DNA of 64,000 nucleotides from an uncultured archaeon (GCA_964430885.1 CAYSHM010000008.1:9154-73153); one strand, 5' to 3'; numbered from the stretch's first letter, positions 19,735 to 30,081 are shown. Numbers and translations: made by a program. The notes: generated by a model not told the origin, from the letters alone.

Positions 19735-20817
19735 CTATTCGCTCTCTTTCTGGAATCTTTCCAGGAACTCAACCAGGAATTCCACACCCTCCCTGGGCAT
19801 GGCATTGTAGATGGAAGCCCTCATTCCGCCAACGGACCTGTGACCCTTGAGACCCACAAGACCCAAAGCCAGTGCCTCTGCTGCACATTTATCCTCCAGT
19901 TCCTTAGTCCTGAGATTGAAGGTCACGTTCATCAGGGAGCGGGAATCCTTTCGGGCATGTCCCTTGTAGAAACCGCCGCTTCCGTCGATGAGATCATAGA
20001 GAAGCTTTGCCTTATCCCTGTTCTTCTTCTCGATGGCAGGAATGCCGCCCATGTCCCGGAGGTGCTCAAGGCACAGCTTGCACATGTAGACCGCAAAACT
20101 TGGTGGTGTGTTGAACATGGATCTTTTCTCAATGTGGGTCAGATACCTGAACATTGTGGGGACATCTACCCCGTGGAGACCCACAAGGTCATCCCTGATC
20201 ACCACTATTGTGGTTCCGGCAGGACCTATGTTCTTCTGTGCTCCGGCAAATATTATCCCGAACTTGGAATAATCCAGTTCCCTGCACATGAAGTCCGAGC
20301 TCATATCGCTTACCAGAGGCACATCCCCGGTATCCGGGAAATCCTCTATCTGGGTTCCGTTTATGGTATTGTTGCTGCAGCAGTGGAAATAGGAAGCGTC
20401 GGGATTGATCCGGTAGTCCGTGGGAATATAGCGGAAACCCTCATCCTCGCTTGAGGCTACAATATTGCATCCCCCGAGGATATTGGCCTCAGTAATGGCC
20501 TTCTTGGTCCAGGTTCCAGTATGAAGAATATCCGGGATTTTTCCATGGGTATTTATGTTCATGGGAACCAAGGCAAACTGCTGGCTCGCTCCTCCCTGGA
20601 GGAACATCACGTGATATTCCTTACCGAGACCCAAAAGCTCCCTCACCAGGTCCTGGGCTCCATTCATGACCTCGTCGAACCATTTGGAGCGGTGGGACAA
20701 CTCCATGATCGACATTCCGGTTCCGTTGTAATCCAACAGCTCTTCCTGCGCTTTTTCCAGTGCCGGCAGGGGCAGTGTGGCCGGTCCTGCATAGAAATTA
20801 TATGCTCTGTGTACCAT
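19735..20817 (-). CDS. serC: Phosphoserine aminotransferase
   Basis: NFYAGPA, MELSHRS, LQGGAS, DMSS, AGAQKNIGPAG (PLP lysine), NTPP, GHRSVGGMRASIYNA. Confidence 0.95.
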   Translation of the reverse strand: MVHRAYNFYAGPATLPLPALEKAQEELLDYNGTGMSIMELSHRSKWFDEVMNGAQDLVRELLGLGKEYHVMFLQGGASQQFALVPMNINTHGKIPDILHTGTWTKKAITEANILGGCNIVASSEDEGFRYIPTDYRINPDASYFHCCSNNTINGTQIEDFPDTGDVPLVSDMSSDFMCRELDYSKFGIIFAGAQKNIGPAGTTIVVIRDDLVGLHGVDVPTMFRYLTHIEKRSMFNTPPSFAVYMCKLCLEHLRDMGGIPAIEKKNRDKAKLLYDLIDGSGGFYKGHARKDSRSLMNVTFNLRTKELEDKCAAEALALGLVGLKGHRSVGGMRASIYNAMPREGVEFLVEFLERFQKESE

Positions 20818-20869
20818 TTTTATTACCTCTTTTCTTTTTTTAAACGGTATTGTTCAAAGGATCTATTCA

Positions 20870-22216
20870 CTATTCTAACTTGTTTATGGTGAGACCAGTA
20901 TACACCTTGGGATAGAAGAAGGTGGATTTCTGGGGCATTGTCTCATAGTTGCCCGCCACATCGCCTACCTCCTCGATCCTGGTGGGATTCATGAAAAATA
21001 CAGCCTGGGATCCCCGATCCACCTGTTTTATGGATTGGTCAACAGCATCGCCTATCCCTTTGATGAACTCCACATAGGAACCTCCCTCTATTGTTCCCTG
21101 GGCCATCTTCTCCTTGTCGATCCCAAGGTACCTGTCCAGTATAAGAGAATGCAGTATGGTGACATCCAGCTGTTTCCATTCCTTGCTTCTCTCCTCGGGG
21201 ATTGTATCCATCACAGCTATGTCATTGAGGGTCATCCCGTAGAAGTTCCCGTCGTAGGAATATATCCCGAAGCTGTGTTCACTCTTGTTAAAATCTGCAT
21301 CCATATCCTGGAACATTCTCTTCTTGGCATCTCCGCCCTTTCCGTAGCGCCTTATTTCAAAATCCGATTCCAGATTTTTAATGAGTTCATCAATATCAAA
21401 GCCCTCAATGTTCTGGACCTGACGATGGGTGGGAAGTACCACAAGGCCGGGATTGGACATGTTAACGAAGGTGAGCATCCTGTATCTTGCACTGTGCATA
21501 TCGGGATTCTCCTTCATATAGGCCAAGGCAGTCTTGTACCTATGATGGCCATCTGCGATTATAACATATCTGCTCTTCATATGATCTGCTATGGATCGTA
21601 TATCATCCGCATCGTCGATTACCCAGAGCTTGTGAACGACCCCTACCCCGTCGTCAATATCCATTACCGGTGAATCTGACATCCATCTCTCAAGAATGGA
21701 ATCCACCTTACCCTCACTGTCAGGGTAAATAACGAAGATCTGACCGAAATTGGCCTTGGTGTTCCTCAGGAGGTTCAACCTGTCCTCAATATCCTTGGGG
21801 AGGGTCTCCTCATGCTGGAGCACACCGGCAAAATCCGCATCATCCTCAGCGTCCGGACTACCGAACTCCTCGAGTTCTATCAGACCCACGAAACCCCATC
21901 TTATGTGATGCTGACCGTGTATATCGAACTCCTGGGCATAAACATACAGGGCCTCTTTGGATTCCTGTTTCAGAACACCTTTCCCAACCCACTCCTCAAG
22001 AAAATCCCTGGCCCGCGTATAAACGTTCACACTAAAACCGTCGGTCTCCTTTTTATCTCCCTTTATAATATGGGATATGTTATAGGGTGAGCGGTTGTGA
22101 AATAGATCCACCAATTCTCCCTTTATCACATCATAGGGCGGTGAGACAACATTCTCAAAATCTGTTATGATTTCCTTATTGTATCTGTATCCTTTGAAGG
22201 GGGCAATCGTTACCAT
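20870..22216 (-). CDS. DUF1015 family protein (ParB/Srx-like)
   Basis: SPPYDVI, HEET, IADGHHRY, LPTHR, MPQKSTFFYPK; adjacent to serC, as is typical for this family. Confidence 0.88.
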   Translation of the reverse strand: MVTIAPFKGYRYNKEIITDFENVVSPPYDVIKGELVDLFHNRSPYNISHIIKGDKKETDGFSVNVYTRARDFLEEWVGKGVLKQESKEALYVYAQEFDIHGQHHIRWGFVGLIELEEFGSPDAEDDADFAGVLQHEETLPKDIEDRLNLLRNTKANFGQIFVIYPDSEGKVDSILERWMSDSPVMDIDDGVGVVHKLWVIDDADDIRSIADHMKSRYVIIADGHHRYKTALAYMKENPDMHSARYRMLTFVNMSNPGLVVLPTHRQVQNIEGFDIDELIKNLESDFEIRRYGKGGDAKKRMFQDMDADFNKSEHSFGIYSYDGNFYGMTLNDIAVMDTIPEERSKEWKQLDVTILHSLILDRYLGIDKEKMAQGTIEGGSYVEFIKGIGDAVDQSIKQVDRGSQAVFFMNPTRIEEVGDVAGNYETMPQKSTFFYPKVYTGLTINKLE

Positions 22217-22411
22217 CAGTTCGGGTAATTATGGTACTCCATTTAAAAATTTCTGTGATGTTATACCTTAGTCTATTACATTAGCCTTCAATGCCCCTGT
22301 TCAAGAATTTATAACATCCTAAACGGGATGACAAAAAGGGTTAATCGGGCGGAAATTCCATTTGATGAAAAAACCGTACCTAGCAAACAGTTCAGGCAGT
22401 TCAGTGACTAG

Positions 22412-23620
22412 CTAGAGAATGAGAACGCCTACCAGAAAACAAGCGGCCAAAGCGGAGAATGCTGGGATGGCCAGTCTCCTCATTGCATCCTTATAGCTCA
22501 CCTTGAAATACTCCAATGAGACCGCCAGGCAGGGATGTACCGGGGATATCACATAGCCTACAAAGACCGCCAGATACATGAGCATGAAGGCATTAAGGTT
22601 CATTGAATGGAACTTCTCCATGTAGATGGGATATATTATGAAGATAGGTGCTGAAACCCTGCCCATGGCCAGACCGAATACCACGCCAACACCTACAAGA
22701 AGAAATACCCTTGACAGAGGAAGACCGGTGATTGCATCGTCGGCCGTGGAGGCCTTGAAAACGTTCAGGAAGAGGAACATACCGAATATGATGAGTGCAT
22801 AGTTCCAGGGTTTCATCTTCAAAGCTACCCTGCCGAAAACAGAACTTTTCATTTTGATAAAAAAGACCGCATAACACAGACTGAATATGACCCCTGCAAA
22901 TAATGCAGCTTCACTGAATCCGTTATAGGTCAAACCGATCTTCTTTTGTAATTGTGTCAGTAAAATGTGCAGTACGGGGGCCCCTAGAACTATATAAAGG
23001 GGAACAAGCAGGCCCATGAGCCTGAATTTTTCCTTGTACTGTATCTCTCCGTGGATCTTCCTCAGAATAAAAATGTACCCGAGAACGCAAAGCAGAAAGA
23101 AACCGGGTACTGAAAAAAGAACCGCCTTGTAGAGATTTATCTCGGCCATCTTTGTGACTGTCAGAAGCGTACCCAATGGATAGATGTAGATGAAGATATG
23201 TCGATACCAGACGTTGGCGGCCACCTTGATGTCTGAGGGCACATCCCTGCCGCCTCTGTCGATAAGCGGTGCCGAGAGCAGAGCGCCTCCCGGCATGGGA
23301 AGAAGGCCTATAAGGGCAGGAGCGAATCCCATGAACATCCTCTTTTTCATCCGGAGGTTATTGAGGAGATCGTCCATAAGCCCTGCATGCTCCATTACCC
23401 CTCCGATAACAGGTATCACACCCACCGCTAGAGAAAGGAACACTATGGAAAGGTCCGTTGAGGTATCATATAAGACCTCGAAGAATCCTTTGATCCCAGG
23501 ACTGAAAATACAAAGGAAAAACGCGGCGCTGAACATGGCCAACCAGAGGCTTTTCCTTGCGATAAAGAGAAGGATTATCAATGCCAAGGGAAAGACCACG
23601 TACATCTGATCGAATTCCAT
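22412..23620 (-). CDS. DUF401 family polytopic membrane protein (putative transporter)
   Basis: PALIGLLPMPGGALLSAP, NVWYRH, SPVHPCL; about 11-12 hydrophobic segments. Confidence 0.8.
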   Translation of the reverse strand: MEFDQMYVVFPLALIILLFIARKSLWLAMFSAAFFLCIFSPGIKGFFEVLYDTSTDLSIVFLSLAVGVIPVIGGVMEHAGLMDDLLNNLRMKKRMFMGFAPALIGLLPMPGGALLSAPLIDRGGRDVPSDIKVAANVWYRHIFIYIYPLGTLLTVTKMAEINLYKAVLFSVPGFFLLCVLGYIFILRKIHGEIQYKEKFRLMGLLVPLYIVLGAPVLHILLTQLQKKIGLTYNGFSEAALFAGVIFSLCYAVFFIKMKSSVFGRVALKMKPWNYALIIFGMFLFLNVFKASTADDAITGLPLSRVFLLVGVGVVFGLAMGRVSAPIFIIYPIYMEKFHSMNLNAFMLMYLAVFVGYVISPVHPCLAVSLEYFKVSYKDAMRRLAIPAFSALAACFLVGVLIL

Positions 23621-23713
23621 CCTGTGGTTAAACGTTTGATTGGATAATAAGCTTTGTGCCGGGGTTGGACGGTTTTATAGGTTCATCAGCAAACAAAATT
23701 TTAGGCCCTTTTA

Positions 23714-24139
23714 TCAATCCAGATATAAGCCCATGAGTCCAGTCTCCTCCTCCAAACGCCTTGCCAGATCTATTTGGGATTCCAGTATCACTATCTCATT
23801 GGTAACTACAACCGTACCTTTTAAAAGATGACCGCCTAGGCATCCCTTGTTTGAATCACCCAGGACCGCGTGGAGATGGAAAAGATAATCACCGTTCTGC
23901 CGGATGATGTTCCCGGAAAGGCTCAAAAGCTCGTGGGGGGAACTGAAGTGAGTGGGTGAATAATCCCCCTTTTCCCTGAAGTAACCAAGAGCAAATTCTT
24001 TCAGCTGTCCGATGCCTGAGATAACTATTCCAGTTTTCAGTTCGTGCTCTCTACAGGCATTCTCCAGACCCTTGAAAATATCGGCACCGGACATCAGTCT
24101 AATGAACAACTGCCCGTCCTTCTTCTTCGACATATACAT
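23714..24139 (-). CDS. PPC/DUF296 domain protein
   Basis: SGIGQL, ELLSLSGNI, HLHAVLGD, GGHL. Confidence 0.88.
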   Translation of the reverse strand: MYMSKKKDGQLFIRLMSGADIFKGLENACREHELKTGIVISGIGQLKEFALGYFREKGDYSPTHFSSPHELLSLSGNIIRQNGDYLFHLHAVLGDSNKGCLGGHLLKGTVVVTNEIVILESQIDLARRLEEETGLMGLYLD

Positions 24140-24215
24140 ATTGTCCCCTCGCTATCATTGTTATTATCTGCATAAGAAAAGGTTTACGTCTCCCGATAAC
24201 ATCTAATACCGTAAT

Positions 24216-24959
24216 TCAGAGATAGGTCATGAACCAATCGAGTGAAAGGTCAATCAGCCTGGATCTGTGCTCCCACCTGCTGTAGCTGTGGTCCGCTCCA
24301 TCGATTATCACCAGTTTGGAATTCGAGCCCAATTGTTCATTTATGACCCTGGCATGATCCACCGGAACCAAGGGATCGGCACCCCCGTGAACAAGGAGAA
24401 CCGGACACTCGATCCGATTCAGGTTTGAACAAAGCTTCTGATCGTATACTACCGCATCGGTCACGAACTCATTGCTTATGTGATATTCGTCAATAATAAT
24501 CCGACCCGAACTGTCTCGGATACTCTCCAAGAGCTCTGCCATGGTAAAGGGTGACGATACCGACACCAGACTGGAGATTTCTCCGCAAGATGCTTTCAAC
24601 AGGGAAACAAATCCGCCCAGGCTGGACCCGAAAAGGCCTATCTCTTCCATACCAAGATCATCCCTGGCGAATTCAATGACCCGCTCCAGGTCCCTGTATC
24701 TCCTGGAGGAAAGCGAATCCTTCAGTTCCCCGGAACTACTGCCGCACCCCCTGAAATCGAAACGCAGTACGTTCAATCCCTGGACCGCCGCTTTCTCTGC
24801 CAGATCGACTGCCTTCTGACTGTTCATGTCCGATAGCATCCCGTGGCATGTGATAATACATTTCTTCGAGCCGGTAGACCCATCCTGACTTGGATGGAAG
24901 CAGGAAGCTATACTGTCCGCACCTATGTTGATGTAAATATTCTCAACCATGATCAGCAC
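24216..24959 (-). CDS. Alpha/beta fold hydrolase
   Basis: CHG, RFDFRGCGSSSG, GSSLGG nucleophile elbow, HGGADPLVP, GADH. Confidence 0.9.
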   Translation of the reverse strand: MLIMVENIYINIGADSIASCFHPSQDGSTGSKKCIITCHGMLSDMNSQKAVDLAEKAAVQGLNVLRFDFRGCGSSSGELKDSLSSRRYRDLERVIEFARDDLGMEEIGLFGSSLGGFVSLLKASCGEISSLVSVSSPFTMAELLESIRDSSGRIIIDEYHISNEFVTDAVVYDQKLCSNLNRIECPVLLVHGGADPLVPVDHARVINEQLGSNSKLVIIDGADHSYSRWEHRSRLIDLSLDWFMTYL

Positions 24960-24977
24960 CTCGGATAATACTCGTTC

Positions 24978-25376
24978 TCATTCTTTCTTTTCCGGATCAC
25001 GATCCCTTCTTGAAAAGGTGTTCACATACAGTCCGCCTCTGGGGCTCCACCGGATATCCACCGTGATCCATTCCGCCTGACAGGCATCGAAAAGTACTTG
25101 TGCTATCTCCTCGGTTATGTATTCCTGCCAGTTCCGCATATTCCTCCAGGAGGAAAGATAGTCTCTCACCGATTTGCCTTCAAGTATACTTCCGTCAGGT
25201 TTGTAGTTAATTGACAGGTTCCCCTGGTCGTGTCTCCCCGATAGGGGGCAAAGGGATTGAAATTCCTGAAATATGATCTCAACTTCCGGTGTATGGCCCT
25301 TTGAGGGAATAACCACCAGTCCTTCTGTGTCCGGAGTAAATGTCTCCGCTTCCGCTGCCTTGGAATAGTCAGTCAT
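24978..25376 (-). CDS. queF: QueF-family T-fold protein (preQ0 reductase-like, divergent)
   Basis: EFQSLCPLSGRHD (catalytic Cys/Asp), degenerate QueF motif EGKSVRDYL, conserved Glu in WQE, SPRGG. Confidence 0.75.
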   Translation of the reverse strand: MTDYSKAAEAETFTPDTEGLVVIPSKGHTPEVEIIFQEFQSLCPLSGRHDQGNLSINYKPDGSILEGKSVRDYLSSWRNMRNWQEYITEEIAQVLFDACQAEWITVDIRWSPRGGLYVNTFSRRDRDPEKKE

Positions 25377-25429
25377 GAAAATCTTCTCCTACAATAATGG
25401 AATTATCCATACAATGATCTATATTTTTT

Positions 25430-26350
25430 CTAGGCCCAGTAGGGGTCCATCATATCCTCGAAAGCAGTCAATGACGCTACTGCCCCTTCGCTGCTGGCTA
25501 TTAGAGCCTGCTTCACACCGCCAGTGATATCTCCTGCAGCGTAGATACCCGGAATATTGGTGCGCTGACTCCGGTCAGTCTCGATGAAACCCTTGGCATC
25601 CACCTTGACCCCCAGTCCCTTAGCGAGCTCGGAATTGGGAAGCACACCTATGGTCACAAAGACCCCGTCAATAGCCATTTCCCGGTTCTCCCGAGTCTTG
25701 ACATTCTGGAGGACCACTGCTTCCACTGAATCCCCGCCCTTTATCTCCTTGACCACGGTATCCCAGATTATATCCACGCCTCTCTCCATCAGGGCTTCCT
25801 GGAGCGAGCGCTCGGCTCTGAGCTGGTCCCTTCTGTGAACAACATGCACCTCGGCTCCCAGATCATGAAGGTGCAGGGCATCCAGGACTGCAGCGTTGCC
25901 ACCTCCCACTATCACAGCGCTTCGGCCTCTGTAAAAGAAACCGTCGCAGGTAGCACAGTAGGACACTCCGGTTCCTGTGAAATCAGATTCACCCTTGACA
26001 CAGAGCTGGGCATGCCGAGCGCCCATGGCAAGAATTACGGCCCGGGACAGATATTCCTCCTTTACGGTCACCACCTTGAAACCCTTTTCGATCGATTCTA
26101 TACTCCTCACTTCCTCAAGTTCCCGGATGTCGGAATATTCCTCGGCATGGGCCTTGAACTTCTCCGAGAGCTCCATACCCGTCAAGGTTGAAAACCCAAC
26201 GAAGTTTGCCACGTGGGACGCAGTTGCAATGAGACCGCCACATATACCCTTTTCCAGAACCAAAGTATCCAATCCGTTTCTGGAAGAATAGATCGAAGCT
26301 GAAAGACCTGCTGGCCCTCCGCCTATGATTATCATGTCCTTCTCAATCAA
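25430..26350 (-). CDS. trxB: Thioredoxin-disulfide reductase
   Basis: GGGPAGL, GVSYCATCDG, VGGGNAA, HRRDQLRA, AAGD. Confidence 0.93.
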   Translation of the reverse strand: MIEKDMIIIGGGPAGLSASIYSSRNGLDTLVLEKGICGGLIATASHVANFVGFSTLTGMELSEKFKAHAEEYSDIRELEEVRSIESIEKGFKVVTVKEEYLSRAVILAMGARHAQLCVKGESDFTGTGVSYCATCDGFFYRGRSAVIVGGGNAAVLDALHLHDLGAEVHVVHRRDQLRAERSLQEALMERGVDIIWDTVVKEIKGGDSVEAVVLQNVKTRENREMAIDGVFVTIGVLPNSELAKGLGVKVDAKGFIETDRSQRTNIPGIYAAGDITGGVKQALIASSEGAVASLTAFEDMMDPYWA

Positions 26351-26584
26351 GATATCCCGTCCACTTAAGTAAATCCCAATCTGGTATGTACACTTATTCT
26401 ACTGGATGTTTTCATACCTGAGCCCGATTTTTTTATATTAAATTTCTCATAGCGACATATTTATAATGACAATATAACAGTTAATTGGAATAGTTCCGTT
26501 TGGAGGCGGTATGCTGGGCATAATATATTTCCGAATTTTGCCCTGAAAGCATTCCCTTTCCAGTAGAACTATGAATATGAACAG

Positions 26585-27229
26585 GTGGACCAGATGATCG
26601 ATATAGAAGAACTTGTAAAAAAGGTCAAGGAACTGCATAGTAAAGGATATAATCACAAGGAGATCTCTAGCGATCTTCATCTTGCCATTGATACTGTTAC
26701 ATGGCTGTTGAGCGGTGCTCCCAGCAAGGAAACCCCTCCCTCCGATGTCAAGATCGGCTGGACATCCATAGGAGTCTTCGGGACAAGGATCAAATATACG
26801 GCCCATATCTTAGCTAACATTATCAAGGAAGAACTGTCCGACGAGAACCAATACGATACCATCATGGGTATAACTATCAACGGTGTTCCCTATGCTACTT
26901 TCCTCTCTGATCTACTGGGCAAGGAACTAGCGGTCTACAAACCCGAACCTCAACCCATTAAGGGAGGTCATTTAAGCTCCAATTACTCAGGAATGAAAGG
27001 CAAGAAGGTCATTATCGTGGACGATGTCCTGTCTACCGGGAATAGCCTCAGAGGAGCAGTGACAGAGATCAAGAAACAGGGCGGAGAAGCAGTAATGTGC
27101 TGTGTTCTGGTCAATAAAACTCAGAACGATGATGTTTACGGAGTGCCACTGAGGGCCCTGATAAGGACTGAATCCATAAGCGGAACTGTCCTGGGCGGCG
27201 GACCTCTTCACTCATTCCCATACGCCTGA
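26585..27229 (+). CDS. gfcR: Orotate PRTase-like protein with N-terminal HTH (GfcR/PyrE2-type regulator)
   Basis: HTH-like N-terminus (EISSDLHLAIDTVTWLL), DVKIGW, NGVPYAT, SSNYS, VDDVLSTG. Likely start is the ATG at 26594. Confidence 0.8.
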   Translation: MDQMIDIEELVKKVKELHSKGYNHKEISSDLHLAIDTVTWLLSGAPSKETPPSDVKIGWTSIGVFGTRIKYTAHILANIIKEELSDENQYDTIMGITINGVPYATFLSDLLGKELAVYKPEPQPIKGGHLSSNYSGMKGKKVIIVDDVLSTGNSLRGAVTEIKKQGGEAVMCCVLVNKTQNDDVYGVPLRALIRTESISGTVLGGGPLHSFPYA

Positions 27230-27252
27230 ACTTCTCTCGGGCAGAATAAGGA

Positions 27253-27753
27253 TCAATAGCAGGTATTCTTAATAAGACCAATGCATTTTCCGCATGGCTC
27301 AGTACCCTTTCGGTCGGTATCATCTAGGCAGTTGGAGAAGAACATCACGCAGTCAGGATCCCTACAGTGCGAAAGACCGAAGGTGTGACCTAATTCGTGG
27401 TTAGCCTCCTTCAGAGCCCTTTTCAGAAAAACATATGAAGTACAGTTCTCCTTCAGTCGGGTCAAGGATATCAGAGCCACTCTGCCCCCTTTCCGGGCCA
27501 GACCGAAAACAAAATTAAGCTCGGGAACAAACAGGTCCCGGTCCACAACTCCCAATACTTTCTTTCCCTGGTAAATTGATATCAAATCCAATATAGGTTT
27601 AGCATCATATTGCGCTCTTCGGGGATCGAAGGATGTATCGGGGAAGGTAATTTTACTGCGGAGGCAGATGGGCATACTGCGGAAAAAAAGATTATCCCTG
27701 ATATATTCAATAGCACTCTTAGAACAATCACCTATCGGTATTAGGGTTATCAT
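27253..27753 (-). CDS. amzA: Archaemetzincin (M54 zinc metalloprotease)
   Basis: LNFVFGLA, HELGHTFGLSHC, CVMFFSN, and Cys4 zinc site (C..C..CGKC). Confidence 0.92.
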   Translation of the reverse strand: MITLIPIGDCSKSAIEYIRDNLFFRSMPICLRSKITFPDTSFDPRRAQYDAKPILDLISIYQGKKVLGVVDRDLFVPELNFVFGLARKGGRVALISLTRLKENCTSYVFLKRALKEANHELGHTFGLSHCRDPDCVMFFSNCLDDTDRKGTEPCGKCIGLIKNTCY

Positions 27754-27758
27754 GGATT

Positions 27759-28628
27759 TCAGTTATCCTCACTTATTCTGGGCAGAAGCGAGACTATCTT
27801 GTCCCATGTGGTTGCATCCTCCACAATATCCGGTTCCCAGAGGTTGCCCTCGCTCTCAACCTTGACAATGGAATAACCTATGAAATAATTATAGGAATTA
27901 TCGCCGGGATTTGCCCAGATCAGCATTACTGCTGTAACGTCCCCCTTGACCCGCTCACTAGAGCTCACGCCTACTGTGGCCTTTGCAGCATACCTGTAAT
28001 ATTCCACACTCTGACCGTCTATCTCATATTCATAGGTCTTGATCTCCCTGAGCTCCAGGGTGCGGAAGTTCCTGAATGACATCATCTCGTCCAATCTGTC
28101 CTTTGCGTATTTGTAGCACATTGAACTGGGGGTATCGTCCAGGGTTTTAATGCAGCCTAAATGGAATTGACCGAAGAAAGGAGGTTCTCGTGAATTCTGG
28201 TCAAGCCTATTGGTGTAGGTTGTCTCCTCTTGCCGGATTGGAATTATCTTGCTCCTGTAGATGGTCCGATCCTTCTCAAAGGCCTTCTCGCGGTAGAAAC
28301 GGACGTCCACGGGCTGGAACATATAACCTGAACCTATGGTATTGGGTTCTCCGGGATAATAATAATCAAGCTGGTCCTCGGGTACATCCGATAGTGAGGT
28401 CTGTCCAACCCCGTAATACAGAAAGGCGATATATGTGGTAGTGGCTATTATGATGGCAACAAGCACCACCAATACTATCCGGTAAAGGGACTTTGATTTT
28501 TTCTTTTTTTTGGCTCCCGTTTTTTTTTCCCCGGCCTTGTTCTCCCCTTTTTCTTCTTCCACCTCCGGTACTACCTCGAGGGCGGGAGTATTTTCTTCCG
28601 ATTTATCTTCCCGGGGATCAAAGGCCAT
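27759..28628 (-). CDS. Membrane-anchored hypothetical protein
   Basis: Charged N-terminal tail, Lys cluster, single TM helix and a soluble domain; SD-like AGGTG upstream; no family recognised. Confidence 0.65.
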   Translation of the reverse strand: MAFDPREDKSEENTPALEVVPEVEEEKGENKAGEKKTGAKKKKKSKSLYRIVLVVLVAIIIATTTYIAFLYYGVGQTSLSDVPEDQLDYYYPGEPNTIGSGYMFQPVDVRFYREKAFEKDRTIYRSKIIPIRQEETTYTNRLDQNSREPPFFGQFHLGCIKTLDDTPSSMCYKYAKDRLDEMMSFRNFRTLELREIKTYEYEIDGQSVEYYRYAAKATVGVSSSERVKGDVTAVMLIWANPGDNSYNYFIGYSIVKVESEGNLWEPDIVEDATTWDKIVSLLPRISEDN

Positions 28629-28900
28629 GAATTTACACCTGCGGAATTCTGAATACTGGTAATCTGTAATCCTGGATATATGAAACTTACGTGATTATAT
28701 ATCTATCTGCATATTTGTACTCGATGTTTTGGTAAGGATCATAAAATGCGAATCGATCGGAAATACGGGCACATCCGTCTTATTGAACATACTTGGATTA
28801 ATCATAAAAAGAATAATATATGCATGATACCATAACTTTTCAGCCTCTATACCCTTTTACAAGAAGGCAATCCAGAGAAAAACCAGGGATCGGGATCATT

Positions 28901-29617
28901 ATGCCGGGAGAACAGAACAAGTATGACACTTCAATAACCAGCTTCACTCCTGACGGCAGGGTGCTTCAGGTGGAATACGCTAGAAAGGCAGTGGGCAGAG
29001 GCGCGCTCTCATTTGCCATGAAATACCGGAATGGTATTCTGCTAATGGCTGACCATCAATCCCGCTCAAGACTCATCGAGGAATCCTTCAGGGAAAAGAT
29101 CACAAAGATCAATGAAAGATGCTGGGGAGTATCTTCCGGACTGGTGGCCGACTCGCGCATTCTGATCAACTATGCCAGAAGAATGTCCGTCTATAACAAG
29201 GTAAAATATGACGAACCCATCGATATCAGGATGATGGTATCTAGAATATGCAATATCAAGAGGGCCATGACCCAGTACGGGGGTTCCCGGCCCTTCGGCG
29301 TATCAATGCTTTTCTGCGGCATTCAGGACAATGAGAGGTTCATTTTCAAAACTGATCCCAGCGGTGCATTTTCCGAATACAACATAACCGCCATCGGCCA
29401 TGGTTCCGAAGGTGTTAAGGAAGCCTATAACGATCTCCATGATGATTTCACGGATAATTATTCCCTTGAGGAATCCTTCAAATACATCCTGGAGATATTG
29501 AAACGTTCCAAAGAGGATTTCATTCCGGATAATCTGGAGATCTGCGTTATTGACAAAAAGGAGCAGAGCAATTACGATTACGGGGATTTTCTCAAAAAGT
29601 TCAGCATTGAATTGTGA
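28901..29617 (+). CDS. psmA: Proteasome alpha subunit (divergent, possibly a paralogue)
   Basis: YDTSITSFTPDGRVLQVEYARKAV, SGLVADSRIL, TQYGGSRPFGVSML, TDPSG, AIGHG. Start moved from 28820 to the ATG at 28901. Confidence 0.88.
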   Translation: MPGEQNKYDTSITSFTPDGRVLQVEYARKAVGRGALSFAMKYRNGILLMADHQSRSRLIEESFREKITKINERCWGVSSGLVADSRILINYARRMSVYNKVKYDEPIDIRMMVSRICNIKRAMTQYGGSRPFGVSMLFCGIQDNERFIFKTDPSGAFSEYNITAIGHGSEGVKEAYNDLHDDFTDNYSLEESFKYILEILKRSKEDFIPDNLEICVIDKKEQSNYDYGDFLKKFSIEL

Positions 29618-29739
29618 TAATTTATCAATTATGAATATGAACGGATTCTCTGGAGCACCAGACCTTTTTCAGCAGAAAGATACCAAGGGGAAGGATTGAT
29701 GCCTGCAGATATCGGATTGTACATTATCAGGTCGATCAT

Positions 29740-30081
29740 ATGGATAAATCAAAACCGGAGATCATTACAATAGAGAAACTCAACCACATCATTTCTTCTC
29801 ACCCCTCGGGCACCTGTATTGCGGTCAGAGTAACCCCTGGATCATCTGAAAATGGAATATCCGGAATTGATCAATGGAGGAAATCGCTTAAGATAAAACT
29901 GGTACAGCCAGCGGTCAAGGGAAAGGCCAACAGAGGTTTGATAGAATATCTGGGGACCATTTTCGGCAGAGATCATTCCATAGAGCTCATTCACGGCCAA
30001 ACATCAAGGGATAAGAGAGTTCTTATCAAGGGTCTGGTAAAGGACGCCTGCCTGGACTTGCTTGCTGATAAGATTTCATGA
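29740..30081 (+). CDS. DUF167 (YggU/UPF0235) family protein
   Basis: VRVTPGS, PAVKGKANRGL, GQTSRDKRV. Confidence 0.88.
   Translation: MDKSKPEIITIEKLNHIISSHPSGTCIAVRVTPGSSENGISGIDQWRKSLKIKLVQPAVKGKANRGLIEYLGTIFGRDHSIELIHGQTSRDKRVLIKGLVKDACLDLLADKIS

Noticed and set aside
19699-21673. Long + strand ORFs (251 aa, 212 aa and others) opposite serC and DUF1015
   Set aside because: Antisense shadows of well-supported genes, with no motifs. The same applies to most short overlapping track ORFs.
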